From assembly GCA_934120675.1 (NCBI GenBank), contig CAKOUU010000008.1, forward strand, positions 1,420 through 65,419: 64,000 nucleotides of DNA, written 5' to 3'. The translations under genes and the position numbers were made by a program. Below the pieces are notes generated by a model. That model was not told where the DNA came from and did no database searches. It saw only the letters and a list, made by a program, of their open reading frames with translations. Below, one piece after another: positions 17,298-25,990 of the stretch. Position 1 is the stretch's first letter. Each line of letters begins with the position of its first letter. This DNA is from an uncultured Clostridia bacterium (lineage in GTDB: Bacteria > Bacillota > Clostridia > TANB77 > CAG-508).

Positions 17298-17329
17298 TGA
17301 GACACTTGGGACAGTCCAAAATTGTCTCA
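17298..17329. repeat. Hairpin TGAGACA...TGTCTCA containing GGGACAGTCCAAAATTGTCTCA (member of a two-copy motif)
   Basis: It lies between the ABC ATPase stop and the permease SD. A 22-nt core recurs at 62817-62838 with 20/22 identity. Confidence 0.6.
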
Positions 17330-18040
17330 TTACCATTTTACTTCATCAATATTTTTAGGATTCTCATTTGCTGTTACGCTTTCAATTTTTCCATTTTTTA
17401 CTCTTATTACAGTATCTGCTATCTCAGCAAATAAACTGTTGTGAGTTACTATAATTACTGTGTTTGCACCATTGTTTCCATCACATTGTTTCTTTAATAA
17501 TTTTAAAACTTCAACTCCCGTCTTAGAATCTAGTGCGCCTGTTGGTTCGTCACATAATAATAACTTTGGATTTTTAGCAATTGCTCTTGCAATTGAAACT
17601 CTTTGTTGTTCTCCACCAGATAATTGGTTTGGAAATTTATTCATATGTTGTTCAAGTCCAACTGCTTTTATTGCTTCTTTACTATCATTTCCACTTTTTA
17701 CTATATCTTTTACCAACTCTACATTTTCTAATACTGTTAATGTTGGCAATATGTTATAAAATTGAAAAATAAATCCTATGTTTTCTGCTCTGTAATCACT
17801 TAATTGACTTTCTGTATATTTTGAAATTTCTTCTCCATCAATTTTGATACTTCCTTCTGTTGGTGTATCCATTCCACCTATTAAATTTAATAATGTTGAT
17901 TTTCCTGCTCCTGATGGTCCAAGTATTACTACAAATTCTCCTTTGTTTATCTCCAAGTCTATGTTGTCTAGTGCTTTGAATTTATTTTCTCCTATTTTGT
18001 AAGTTTTACTTACTTTTTTTAGTTCTACTATTTTTTTCAT
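17330..18040 (-). CDS. ABC transporter ATP-binding protein (MacB/LolD-like)
   Basis: [38 protein letters not shown]. Confidence 0.9.
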   Translation of the reverse strand: MKKIVELKKVSKTYKIGENKFKALDNIDLEINKGEFVVILGPSGAGKSTLLNLIGGMDTPTEGSIKIDGEEISKYTESQLSDYRAENIGFIFQFYNILPTLTVLENVELVKDIVKSGNDSKEAIKAVGLEQHMNKFPNQLSGGEQQRVSIARAIAKNPKLLLCDEPTGALDSKTGVEVLKLLKKQCDGNNGANTVIIVTHNSLFAEIADTVIRVKNGKIESVTANENPKNIDEVKW

Positions 18041-18051
18041 AACTCCTCCTT

Positions 18052-18137
18052 AATGTGAAACTTATTTCATGTTTTCAAAATTATTATATATTTATATTAT
18101 ATTGTTGTCAATAGAAATATGAAATATTTTTCACATT
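18052..18137. promoter_or_regulatory. Divergent promoter region with two inverted 19-bp operator-like copies
   Basis: AATGTGAAACTTATTTCAT (18052-18070) matches the reverse complement of 18119-18137 at 17/19. The tetR promoter TTGACA(18141-18146)-17-TATAAT(18164-18169) is adjacent. Confidence 0.45.
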
Positions 18138-18201
18138 TATTTGACATTTGTTTTTTTTGCTATTATAATAGTGTTTGTATATTAGAAAGGATTTGTTTTA
18201 A

Positions 18202-18804
18202 ATGAAAATAAATGAAATTAGAGAACCTATTCAAAAACGTTCTATTGAGAAAAAAGAAAAAATAATAAAATCAGGTTTTGAATTAATCTGTGAGAAAGGA
18301 TATTACAATACTAATACAGCTGAAATTGCAAAGGCTGCAGGAGTTTCTACTGGTATTGTGTATCAATATTTTAAAGATAAACATGATATTTTAGTTGAGG
18401 GCATTAAAAGATATGCTAGTGATATTTTTTATCCTATGTTAAATGTAACATCAAATATCAAAATTGATAAGAATAACCTTGATTTTATTTTAAGAAATAT
18501 GATTAACGCCTTTGTTGAAAATCATAAACTTTCACAAATTGCTCATGAAGAAATTATGTCTATGACCCATTCTGATAAGGAAATTGCTGAATTTTTCCAA
18601 GAAAATGAAATGGTTATGACTAAAAATATTTCTAAAATTCTGGTAGATAATGGTTTTGATTCAAAAAATCTTGATGAAAAGGTTCATATTTCTATTCATT
18701 TGATTGATGATTTGTGTCATGAAATTGTTTATCATAAGCATAAAGATTTGGATTATGATGTTATGATTAATTTGGTTATTGAGAATATATTGAATTTTAT
18801 GTGA
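18202..18804 (+). CDS. TetR/AcrR-family transcriptional regulator
   Basis: 200 aa with the N-terminal HTH GYYNTNTAEIAKAAGVSTGIVYQYFKDKHDIL. Confidence 0.85.
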   Translation: MKINEIREPIQKRSIEKKEKIIKSGFELICEKGYYNTNTAEIAKAAGVSTGIVYQYFKDKHDILVEGIKRYASDIFYPMLNVTSNIKIDKNNLDFILRNMINAFVENHKLSQIAHEEIMSMTHSDKEIAEFFQENEMVMTKNISKILVDNGFDSKNLDEKVHISIHLIDDLCHEIVYHKHKDLDYDVMINLVIENILNFM

Positions 18805-18929
18805 AATTCTGGTATAATTCTAATATAATTTTTATTATTATGCCAAGTGCATATTTATTATAAATATAATATTATTTTAATATTATTTTGTTACAATTAA
18901 TTTGGTTTTGACAACGAAAGGAGATTCTT

Positions 18930-19394
18930 ATGAATGAAAAAGAACGGTCAGCAAAAAAAAATAAAGATGAAATAAACAAAAAGACAAACATTCAAGATTT
19001 AATTTTTTTTGATTTGTATCTAGCAGTTCCTTTGGGACTTGCATTTCTTCTCATTAGCGTAGCCACTAGCACTCCACTAAAAATTTATTTACCTATTATA
19101 TTGCTAGTTATAATAATATCAAATTTCCCCATGAAAAAATATTTGGAGAAGGAGACTGATATTGCTTACCTTTTCGTTACTGAAGAATATGTGGAAGTTG
19201 TTCCATTACAGCTTTCAAAATACAAGTATCTTCGTTTAATTGAAACAGATACTACAAAATTTTATGCAACTCTAAAAAACGGACTTGAAGTTACTGTTTA
19301 TATACAAATCAGTGCTGGCGAAAAACTCAAGTTTTTTGAAAACATACCTTATGTATATTGGGATTTTTATTACGCAATAATCAAACCCGAATAA
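18930..19394 (+). CDS. Hypothetical membrane protein
   Basis: 154 aa with two predicted TM helices after a Lys-rich N-terminus. SD AAAGGAG. A terminator follows. Confidence 0.5.
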   Translation: MNEKERSAKKNKDEINKKTNIQDLIFFDLYLAVPLGLAFLLISVATSTPLKIYLPIILLVIIISNFPMKKYLEKETDIAYLFVTEEYVEVVPLQLSKYKYLRLIETDTTKFYATLKNGLEVTVYIQISAGEKLKFFENIPYVYWDFYYAIIKPE

Positions 19395-19398
19395 CATT

Positions 19399-19436
19399 CC
19401 CCCGCAAAAAGTTTATTATAAGCTTTTTGCGGGGGG
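19399..19436. terminator. Bidirectional intrinsic terminator
   Basis: CCCCCGCAAAAAG...CTTTTTGCGGGGG, a GC-rich stem between convergent genes. Confidence 0.75.
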
Positions 19437-19474
19437 TATTCTTTTATTTTTACATCTACATTTCTATGCTACAA

Positions 19475-22081
19475 TTACTCTGTTCTTAATGCAATTACTG
19501 GGTCCTTTTTACTTGCAATTTTAGCTGGAATTAAACCTGCAATAATTGTCAAGAACATACTAATAAGAACTAATACAACACCAGCCTTAAATGGTACAGC
19601 AGTTGCCACTTTAACACCTGTTATAGCATAAATCATGCTATTTATTGGAAGTGTCAATAATACTGTAATTCCTATTCCTATAAGGCCTGATATTAAACCT
19701 ATAATCAAAGTTTCTGCATTAAATACTCTTGAAATATCTTTTTTTGATGCTCCAATTGCTCTTAATATTCCAATTTCTTTTGTTCTTTCTAATACAGAAA
19801 TATATGTTATAATACCTATCATTATTGAAGATACTATTAATGATATTGACACAAATGCAATTAATACATAACTTATTGTATTAATAATTTGGCTTACAGA
19901 TTTCATCATTGTTCCAACTATATCTGTATAGCTTATTGTATTTTCTTCTTTTCCGTCATCTCTTTGTTTTTGGTTATACTCTTCTATTGCGTTTGATATT
20001 TTGTCTTTAGCTTCAAAATCTTTTGGATAAATACTAATTGATGTTGGTGTATCAATATCAACTGCACCTAATTTTTGTAGATTTTTTTCATAGCTTGAGT
20101 CTTTATTTGCTGAATATGTTTCCATCATTTGGGCAATTTCTTCACTACTTAATTTGCTCATTGCCATTCTTTGTTCTGCTGTCAAATTCTCCATTGAGGA
20201 TGTATCTTCATCAGTTGGAAATTTCAAACCAGAAAATACATTTACATCTTTGTTTTCTTTTTGTTCTTTGATTATTTGTGCATCATTTGATTTTTCTACT
20301 ACATATTCTTTTAATTGTTTTGTATATCCTATGCCACTTGTAACAGAAGTACTTACAGCACTCTGTTCATTTTGTTTTATAATTCCAACTACTTTTACAG
20401 TTTCTGCATTATTAATTTTTTCTTTTAAATAATTATCGTCATTCTCTTTGTTTACCCATAATCCATTTTGTTTTTGATAATAGTCTGAATTTAATAATAA
20501 TTTAAATTGTAAATTTAAAAGGTCATCATATGAATATGATGTTGCTTCTTGATTTTCATCAAGTTTATCCCCATTTTCTACTGCTTTCCATTTATCTTTT
20601 AGTTCACTTTGATCTTTTAGTCCTAATGAATATAATGTGTAATCATCTATTCTTCCGTCTTCTTTTAACACTAAAACTACTTCATTATATTGTTTTGGCC
20701 AGTTTCCTTTTACTAAATCATATTGTGATTCTAATAATTGTTGATTATCTTGCATTTCAAAACATATATCAGTATTTGTCATCATTGAACTTCCAAATAC
20801 AGATGACATTGCTGAATTGTTTTGTGCTTCTATCATATCTCCCATTCCAAATGCGTTCATTACTGTACTTGGATTTACTCTTACAATTCCATTGTCTGTA
20901 TTTGCTCTGTATAAGTTTATATTCAAGTCATATCCATATTTTATGCTATTACTATTTTTTGTAATTTCATTATTCCCCTCATCTAGGTATTTCTTTAATT
21001 CTTTTAGGTTATTGCTTTGTTTTTTATTAGAAAGTGTTGTTATCATATCATTCATTATATCTGCTGAATATGCTCTTTCTTCTTCTCTATTTTCTGTATT
21101 AGATTCTGTATCATCTCCCATCATAGATTGCATTAAACTTGACATATCCACTGTTGACTCTTCTATTGTAATTGGGTATGATGAAAGTGTATCTTCCTCT
21201 ACTTTATCTATATAATTCTGTACACCTGTTGAAATTGCTAAAATTAATGCAATTCCTATTATTCCAATACTTCCTGCAAATGATGTTAATATTGTTCTTC
21301 CCTTTTTAGTCATTAAATTATTTAAACTTAATCGTAGGGCTGTAAGGAATTTCATTGATGTTCTTTTCTTTTTAGTATCTTGCTGTTTTTCTTCTTTTTG
21401 ATGTTCTATTGGGTCTGAATCATCTGTTATTTTTCCATCAAGTATTTTTATGATTCTACTTGAATATTTTTCTGCAAGTTCTGGGTTATGTGTAACCATT
21501 ATTATTAATTTATCTTTTGATATTTTCTTTAATATTTCCATTACTTGCACACTTGTTTTTGTATCCAATGCACCTGTTGGTTCATCTGCTAATATTATAT
21601 CTGGATTATTTACTAATGCTCTTGCTATTGCAACTCTTTGCATTTGCCCACCTGATAATTGGTTTGGCTTTTTGTGTATTTGTTCTTTTAGTCCAACTTC
21701 TTCTAGCGCTTTTATTGCTCTTTGTTTTCTCTCTTTTCTGGATACTCCTGATATTGTTAATGCAAGTTCAACATTTGATAATACTGTTTGATGTCCTATT
21801 AAGTTGTAACTTTGGAATACAAATCCTACTGAATAATTTCTATATGCGTCCCAATCTCTGTCTTTAAAGTCTTTTGTTGATTTTCCATTTATTATTAAGT
21901 CTCCTGATGTATATCTATCTAGTCCTCCTATAATGTTTAAAAGTGTTGTTTTTCCACATCCACTTTGTCCTAGTATTGAGACAAATTCTGATTCTCTGAA
22001 TTCTATGTTTATTCCTTTTAATGCTTCTACTTTTTCGTCTCCACTTACATATGTCTTTTTTATGTTTTTAAGTTTTAACAT
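19475..22081 (-). CDS. Fused ABC ATPase and FtsX-type permease (MacB-like)
   Basis: 868 aa with [37 protein letters not shown], then a large extracytoplasmic domain and a C-terminal FtsX bundle. Confidence 0.88.
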   Translation of the reverse strand: MLKLKNIKKTYVSGDEKVEALKGINIEFRESEFVSILGQSGCGKTTLLNIIGGLDRYTSGDLIINGKSTKDFKDRDWDAYRNYSVGFVFQSYNLIGHQTVLSNVELALTISGVSRKERKQRAIKALEEVGLKEQIHKKPNQLSGGQMQRVAIARALVNNPDIILADEPTGALDTKTSVQVMEILKKISKDKLIIMVTHNPELAEKYSSRIIKILDGKITDDSDPIEHQKEEKQQDTKKKRTSMKFLTALRLSLNNLMTKKGRTILTSFAGSIGIIGIALILAISTGVQNYIDKVEEDTLSSYPITIEESTVDMSSLMQSMMGDDTESNTENREEERAYSADIMNDMITTLSNKKQSNNLKELKKYLDEGNNEITKNSNSIKYGYDLNINLYRANTDNGIVRVNPSTVMNAFGMGDMIEAQNNSAMSSVFGSSMMTNTDICFEMQDNQQLLESQYDLVKGNWPKQYNEVVLVLKEDGRIDDYTLYSLGLKDQSELKDKWKAVENGDKLDENQEATSYSYDDLLNLQFKLLLNSDYYQKQNGLWVNKENDDNYLKEKINNAETVKVVGIIKQNEQSAVSTSVTSGIGYTKQLKEYVVEKSNDAQIIKEQKENKDVNVFSGLKFPTDEDTSSMENLTAEQRMAMSKLSSEEIAQMMETYSANKDSSYEKNLQKLGAVDIDTPTSISIYPKDFEAKDKISNAIEEYNQKQRDDGKEENTISYTDIVGTMMKSVSQIINTISYVLIAFVSISLIVSSIMIGIITYISVLERTKEIGILRAIGASKKDISRVFNAETLIIGLISGLIGIGITVLLTLPINSMIYAITGVKVATAVPFKAGVVLVLISMFLTIIAGLIPAKIASKKDPVIALRTE

Positions 22082-22096
22082 GAATTTCTCCTTTCC

Positions 22097-22407
22097 TTAA
22101 TTTATATTATTCACTATGAATTTAATAACTTCATCATCACTGTTTTTACTATTATTTTTTATTTTCTCTTCTTCTGATAGTTCTTCTACAAATAGACAAT
22201 TATCCATTCCTATTGTTGGCATATGTGCTACTTCATAGTATGATTTTGCTTTTATATATGCATTCTCAATTGCATTTTTCCCTGTTTCTTCTACTTTTAT
22301 ATTAATGTCTAAGTCTTTTAGTGTTAACAGTTCTATTCCTTTTTCTTCAAGTACTTTTTTGTATTTTTTACTTTTGCTGGATTTGTTGTTGCAAATAATA
22401 CTTTCAT
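22097..22407 (-). pseudogene. rdgB: Non-canonical purine NTP pyrophosphatase (RdgB/HAM1-like) N-terminal remnant, frameshifted and truncated
   Basis: Own translation: MKVLFATTNPAKVK then, after a 1-nt shift in an A-run, YKKVLEEKGIELLTLKDLDINIKVEETGKNAIENAYIKAK...TIGMDNCLFVEEL. This follows the RdgB pattern (ATxNxGKxxE...EETG...ENA...DDSGL) for only ~100 of ~200 residues. Confidence 0.55.
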
Positions 22408-22663
22408 TTTTATTTTCCTTTCAAATTTTTAGTTTTTATTAAATTCAATATTATTTATATCATAAATTTAGATTTTTTCATAGCTTTTTATAAAATTAAG
22501 AAGCTATGTTTTCATAGCTCCTCTAATGTTAGTTATTTGGCAGGTGTGCCAAATCCTGCATCTCTTTTGACCACTATGGTGTGTGGATGGCACTATTGTC
22601 CACTTCAAATAACTCTTTATATTGTACTTATATTATATAACTTTTATTCATTTTTGTCTAGGC

Positions 22664-22804
22664 TTAAATTTTTATAATTCTCTCCCACTCCAAATCTTCT
22701 TTTCCAAAATGTCCATAGTTTGTTGTTTTAGTATAAATAGGCTCTCTAAGTTTTAAATATTCAATAATACCATTTGGTGTTAAGTCAAATTTTTCTCTTA
22801 CCAT
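22664..22804 (-). pseudogene. metK: S-adenosylmethionine synthetase (MetK) C-terminal remnant, 46 codons
   Basis: Own translation: [46 protein letters not shown], which matches the conserved MetK C-terminus (...RPIY..TAAYGHFGR...WE...). No upstream MetK sequence is present. Confidence 0.6.
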
Positions 22805-23541
22805 ATTTGTTCAAATTTTTCATTAATATCTTCTTCAATATTTTCTGTTTCAGCTGGTTTTTGACTGTTTTCATTGTTTGTTATTTCAGTCGAATTTAAG
22901 TTAATTGTTTCTTCTTGTTTTTTCATTTGAACATAATTATCATTTAATTTGATACTTGGATTTTCTTCAACTTGTTTTTGTAAATCTTGTTGCATTTTTC
23001 TAAGTTGTTCAAGTACATCTGCAGTATTTATAGGGCCTCCTAAGCCTACATTTGTTTTTATTTTACTTTCTTGATCATTGTATTGTTCAATTTTTTTAGT
23101 CTCATTTTTTCTAAAATCAAATAATCCTTTTGATTCTTGTTTATCTAGTATATTTCCTGCTTCTACTACTATTTTATATCCTGTGTCTTGTGCTTCTGTT
23201 TTTGATATCATTTCTACATTTGCTATTGCTGCTATACTTGCTAATGCTTCACCTCTAAATCCCATAGATGTTACTACATCTAAGTCTTCTGCTTTTCTAA
23301 TTTTACTAGTTGCATGTCTTTCAAATGCAATCTCTAAGTCGTCTGGTGCTATTCCTTTTCCGTTATCTGTTACTTTTATGTATGATATTCCACCGTTTTT
23401 TATTTCTACTGTTATATTGTTTGCTCCTACATCTATTGAGTTTTCTACCATTTCTTTTATTACTGAAGCTGGTCTTTCTATAACTTCTCCAGCTGCTATT
23501 TTATTTATTGTTAAGTCATCTAGTAATACTATGTTTCCCAT
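22798..23541 (-). CDS. MutL N-terminal (GHKL ATPase) paralogue fused to an unrelated low-complexity tail
   Basis: Residues 1-135 parallel MutL at 13144-14931 ([25 protein letters not shown]..., [16 protein letters not shown]). The rest ([10 protein letters not shown]...NEKFEQIW) has no MutL features. It has its own SD TGGAGGT and an ATG start. Confidence 0.6.
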   Translation of the reverse strand: MGNIVLLDDLTINKIAAGEVIERPASVIKEMVENSIDVGANNITVEIKNGGISYIKVTDNGKGIAPDDLEIAFERHATSKIRKAEDLDVVTSMGFRGEALASIAAIANVEMISKTEAQDTGYKIVVEAGNILDKQESKGLFDFRKNETKKIEQYNDQESKIKTNVGLGGPINTADVLEQLRKMQQDLQKQVEENPSIKLNDNYVQMKKQEETINLNSTEITNNENSQKPAETENIEEDINEKFEQIW

Positions 23542-23770
23542 TTACTTGACCTCCATTTTTTATTTATGCTTATTATATCATTACTTTTTTTATTTTTTAT
23601 AGTATTTTTAAATTTTTTATAAATTTATTTTATAATTTGTTACATTGCAGTCTATAAAATTATTGTTTATAATAGGATTCCTTCTTTAAGTAGTTTTGTC
23701 CATTTAATTTGAATAAAAAGTAGCAAATGTCGAAAATTCTCATATAATAAAAATAAAGAAGGAAAACAAA

Positions 23771-24079
23771 ATGTTTGGAAGAAGAAAATGTTATTGTATG
23801 AATAATAATTATCAAAACAATTCATGTGAAGAACAAAGTGACATAATGTAAGACAAATACTCAAATGTAGCCAATACAAATTTTAGTTGTAATCAAAATG
23901 AATATATGGATTGTTGTGAATGTGGATTTGAAGAAAAAGATAATGTATTTCCAGAAAATCCAATGTTAGGTCAAAGTTATGTACCTATCCAATATATGGA
24001 TAAAACATTCAAACCAAATGATGTAAGAAAAAATTATTTAAAATTTGAAAATATAATGAAGGAATATGATAAAATTTAA
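23771..24079 (+). pseudogene. CotJA-like spore-coat-associated ORF interrupted by an in-frame TAA (23849-23851)
   Basis: Own translation: MFGRRKCYCMNNNYQNNSCEEQSDIM*DKYSNV...ENPMLGQSYVPIQYMDKTFKPNDV... The xxYVPxQ...FxP motif resembles CotJA. The expected downstream GTxFPEL motif is absent and no cotJB/cotJC genes follow. Confidence 0.4.
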
Positions 24080-24084
24080 ATAAC

Positions 24085-24125
24085 AAACTAGAAAAAAGAA
24101 AACAAAATTTTCTCTTTTCTAGTTT
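24085..24125. terminator. Hairpin between convergent ORFs
   Basis: AAACTAGAAAA...TTTTCTAGTTT stem. Confidence 0.45.
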
Positions 24126-24156
24126 GGTTTGAGTATTAGTCAGTTTAAAAATAATA

Positions 24157-24750
24157 TCAATGAATAATATGAGACCACCAACGGCAAAAGTGACTTGCAT
24201 ATTTCATTCCACCAGTACATTCAGTATCACATGTTTTACAACTTTTCCCAATCAATTCAATTAATTCCATAGTTTTTTCTTGTATAGTGTCTTTTCTTAT
24301 TGCTGATACTGTTTCGTAATGTGCAATAATATCGTTGTAACTTTCTGTGGTGTATATCTTAAGATTAAAAAATCCAAATCTATGTGCATCAGGATGATTG
24401 GTAACTTGATATCCGTTTTCATTGTAATGAATACCATCCATATCTATTGTATAGTTACCTATTTTCTTTGGATTATCGTAATCGGAAATTAACAAATTGT
24501 TTTCTGCTCTGTCATATGTTACAACATAGCGGAATTTATTATATCCTCTTTCTTCATCCGTTATAATTTTAGGTAATCTCTCATGTAAGCAACCTGATTT
24601 TATCTGTTTTTTCATATTGCTATATTCTTCTTCAGTTACATGACAAACTATTATTGGATTTGCTTTCCTATATTGTTCATCAATAAAATCATATAAAGAC
24701 ATATTTAATTCTTTGTCTTCATTTTCAAACATGACAATTATTTTATCCAT
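24157..24750 (-). CDS. Hypothetical protein with a Cys-rich C-terminus
   Basis: 197 aa. SD GGAGGAAAAA. C-terminal CKTCDTECTGG...FCRWW. I recognise no family. Confidence 0.5.
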   Translation of the reverse strand: MDKIIVMFENEDKELNMSLYDFIDEQYRKANPIIVCHVTEEEYSNMKKQIKSGCLHERLPKIITDEERGYNKFRYVVTYDRAENNLLISDYDNPKKIGNYTIDMDGIHYNENGYQVTNHPDAHRFGFFNLKIYTTESYNDIIAHYETVSAIRKDTIQEKTMELIELIGKSCKTCDTECTGGMKYASHFCRWWSHIIH

Positions 24751-25109
24751 AATTTTTCCTCCTTGTCAATTGACTTTCCATAGTGCATTGTTAATAGTTA
24801 CTCTATATTAAACTCCATAAGTTGCATATAGGAGATTATTAAATTAAATTATGTGAATTATATCATGTTTTGTGTAAAAGTCAACTATAACGAATGATTT
24901 AAGGTATAAAAAAGCTGATAATACTAGGTGGTTATAGTCTATCAAGATGAAACCAGTAATTTATTAGTAAAAATAAATTATCAAATTTTATAAATATTAT
25001 AGACAAATTAAAAATACTATTGTAAAATATTTGACATAGGAAATGATAATAAGCGGATGTGGTTTTGCCACCAATTTTACGAAGCTTCGTAGGAAAGGTG
25101 GTGATGTTT

Positions 25110-25223
25110 ATGGTTAAAGTGATACTATTTTTAATATTATCTTTAATGTTATCTTTAACATTAAACGTTGCCTTGACAGCAGTTCTTTATAAGAACTGGG
25201 TGGATAAGCAATTACATAAATAA
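25110..25223 (+). CDS. 37-aa hydrophobic peptide with an SD-sequestering leader hairpin
   Basis: Own translation: MVKVILFLILSLMLSLTLNVALTAVLYKNWVDKQLHK. SD GGAAAGGTGGTG. CCACC (25068-25072) pairs with GGTGG (25097-25101) around the palindrome TACGAAGCTTCGTA. Terminator AAACCATT...AATGGTTT at about 25229-25258. Confidence 0.35.
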   Translation: MVKVILFLILSLMLSLTLNVALTAVLYKNWVDKQLHK

Positions 25224-25269
25224 AAAAATAAACCATTCTGCTTAGCCGAGCTAATGGTTTATTAAATTT

Positions 25270-25923
25270 TTATTTATTTTCTTCTACCTTTATCTTTTCT
25301 AAATCTGCATCAAACATAGATGTGCAAATATAAGTTGATATTAAATAAACTCCCAATACAAATGGAATTGTAAACTTACCAACTGGCATTCTTGTAATAG
25401 CCATAATTCCAAGTAAAACCAATTGTGCTAAAACTATGATAACACCTGATTTTGCTAAAACTTTTAAAGAATTTAATTTGTAATATCTGATTGCCAAATA
25501 TACTAGAACAATTACTGTAGCTATTATAAATGGTGTTATATAAGGTTTTAATATATCTCTACCTCTAACATGAGCAATGTTTTCAATTGTAACATTTTCA
25601 GCTGTTAATTCTGTTCCATATTTTTCATTAACTTTTGAAATCAAATTTGCTTTTTGCTCCTCTGTTATTTCTGTTGTTGTTATACTTACTGCATCCTTAT
25701 ATACTTCTATTGCTTGAATCATTACTGGTTGTTTTCCAAATACTTCACTTGTTATACTTTTTATATCTTTTTCTTCAAATTTTTTTCCTATATTAAGTTC
25801 AACTTTTTGGCTATCTTGATATTTTAATTCAAATGCTATTCCTTTTGTTGCTATCATTATAGTTCCTAATATCAATATTATAGCAATTAATGCTATTAAA
25901 ATTTTTGTTTCTTTTTGCTTCAT
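25270..25923 (-). CDS. SecF-like membrane protein (divergent, short)
   Basis: 217 aa: N-terminal TM, an extracytoplasmic domain, then C-terminal TM helices. It lies adjacent to a SecD-like gene. The assignment rests on architecture only. Confidence 0.4.
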   Translation of the reverse strand: MKQKETKILIALIAIILILGTIMIATKGIAFELKYQDSQKVELNIGKKFEEKDIKSITSEVFGKQPVMIQAIEVYKDAVSITTTEITEEQKANLISKVNEKYGTELTAENVTIENIAHVRGRDILKPYITPFIIATVIVLVYLAIRYYKLNSLKVLAKSGVIIVLAQLVLLGIMAITRMPVGKFTIPFVLGVYLISTYICTSMFDADLEKIKVEENK

Positions 25924-25990
25924 AATTATACCTCACCTTCATTTTGTTCTGCTTAGTTTATCTTAATTTAAAATTATTTATAAATTTATT

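Noticed and set aside
23849-23851. In-frame stops and frameshifts (cotJA-like, sufD, radA, rdgB) as programmed recoding or an alternative genetic code.
   Set aside because: The interrupting codon is TAA. The other cases need frame changes at unrelated sequences with no slippery heptamer or downstream structure that I can see. All other genes read normally with the standard bacterial code.
24157-24750. The hypothetical proteins 24157..24750 and 31386..31895 as defence-system components.
   Set aside because: No recognisable nuclease, ATPase or other defence domains. They are single genes with no partner genes, so there is nothing beyond 'unknown function' to support the idea.
25198-25209. A near-consensus DnaA box (TTATCCACC on the minus strand).
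   Set aside because: It is a single isolated 8/9 match inside a small ORF, with no cluster and no AT-rich unwinding element or dnaA/dnaN context.
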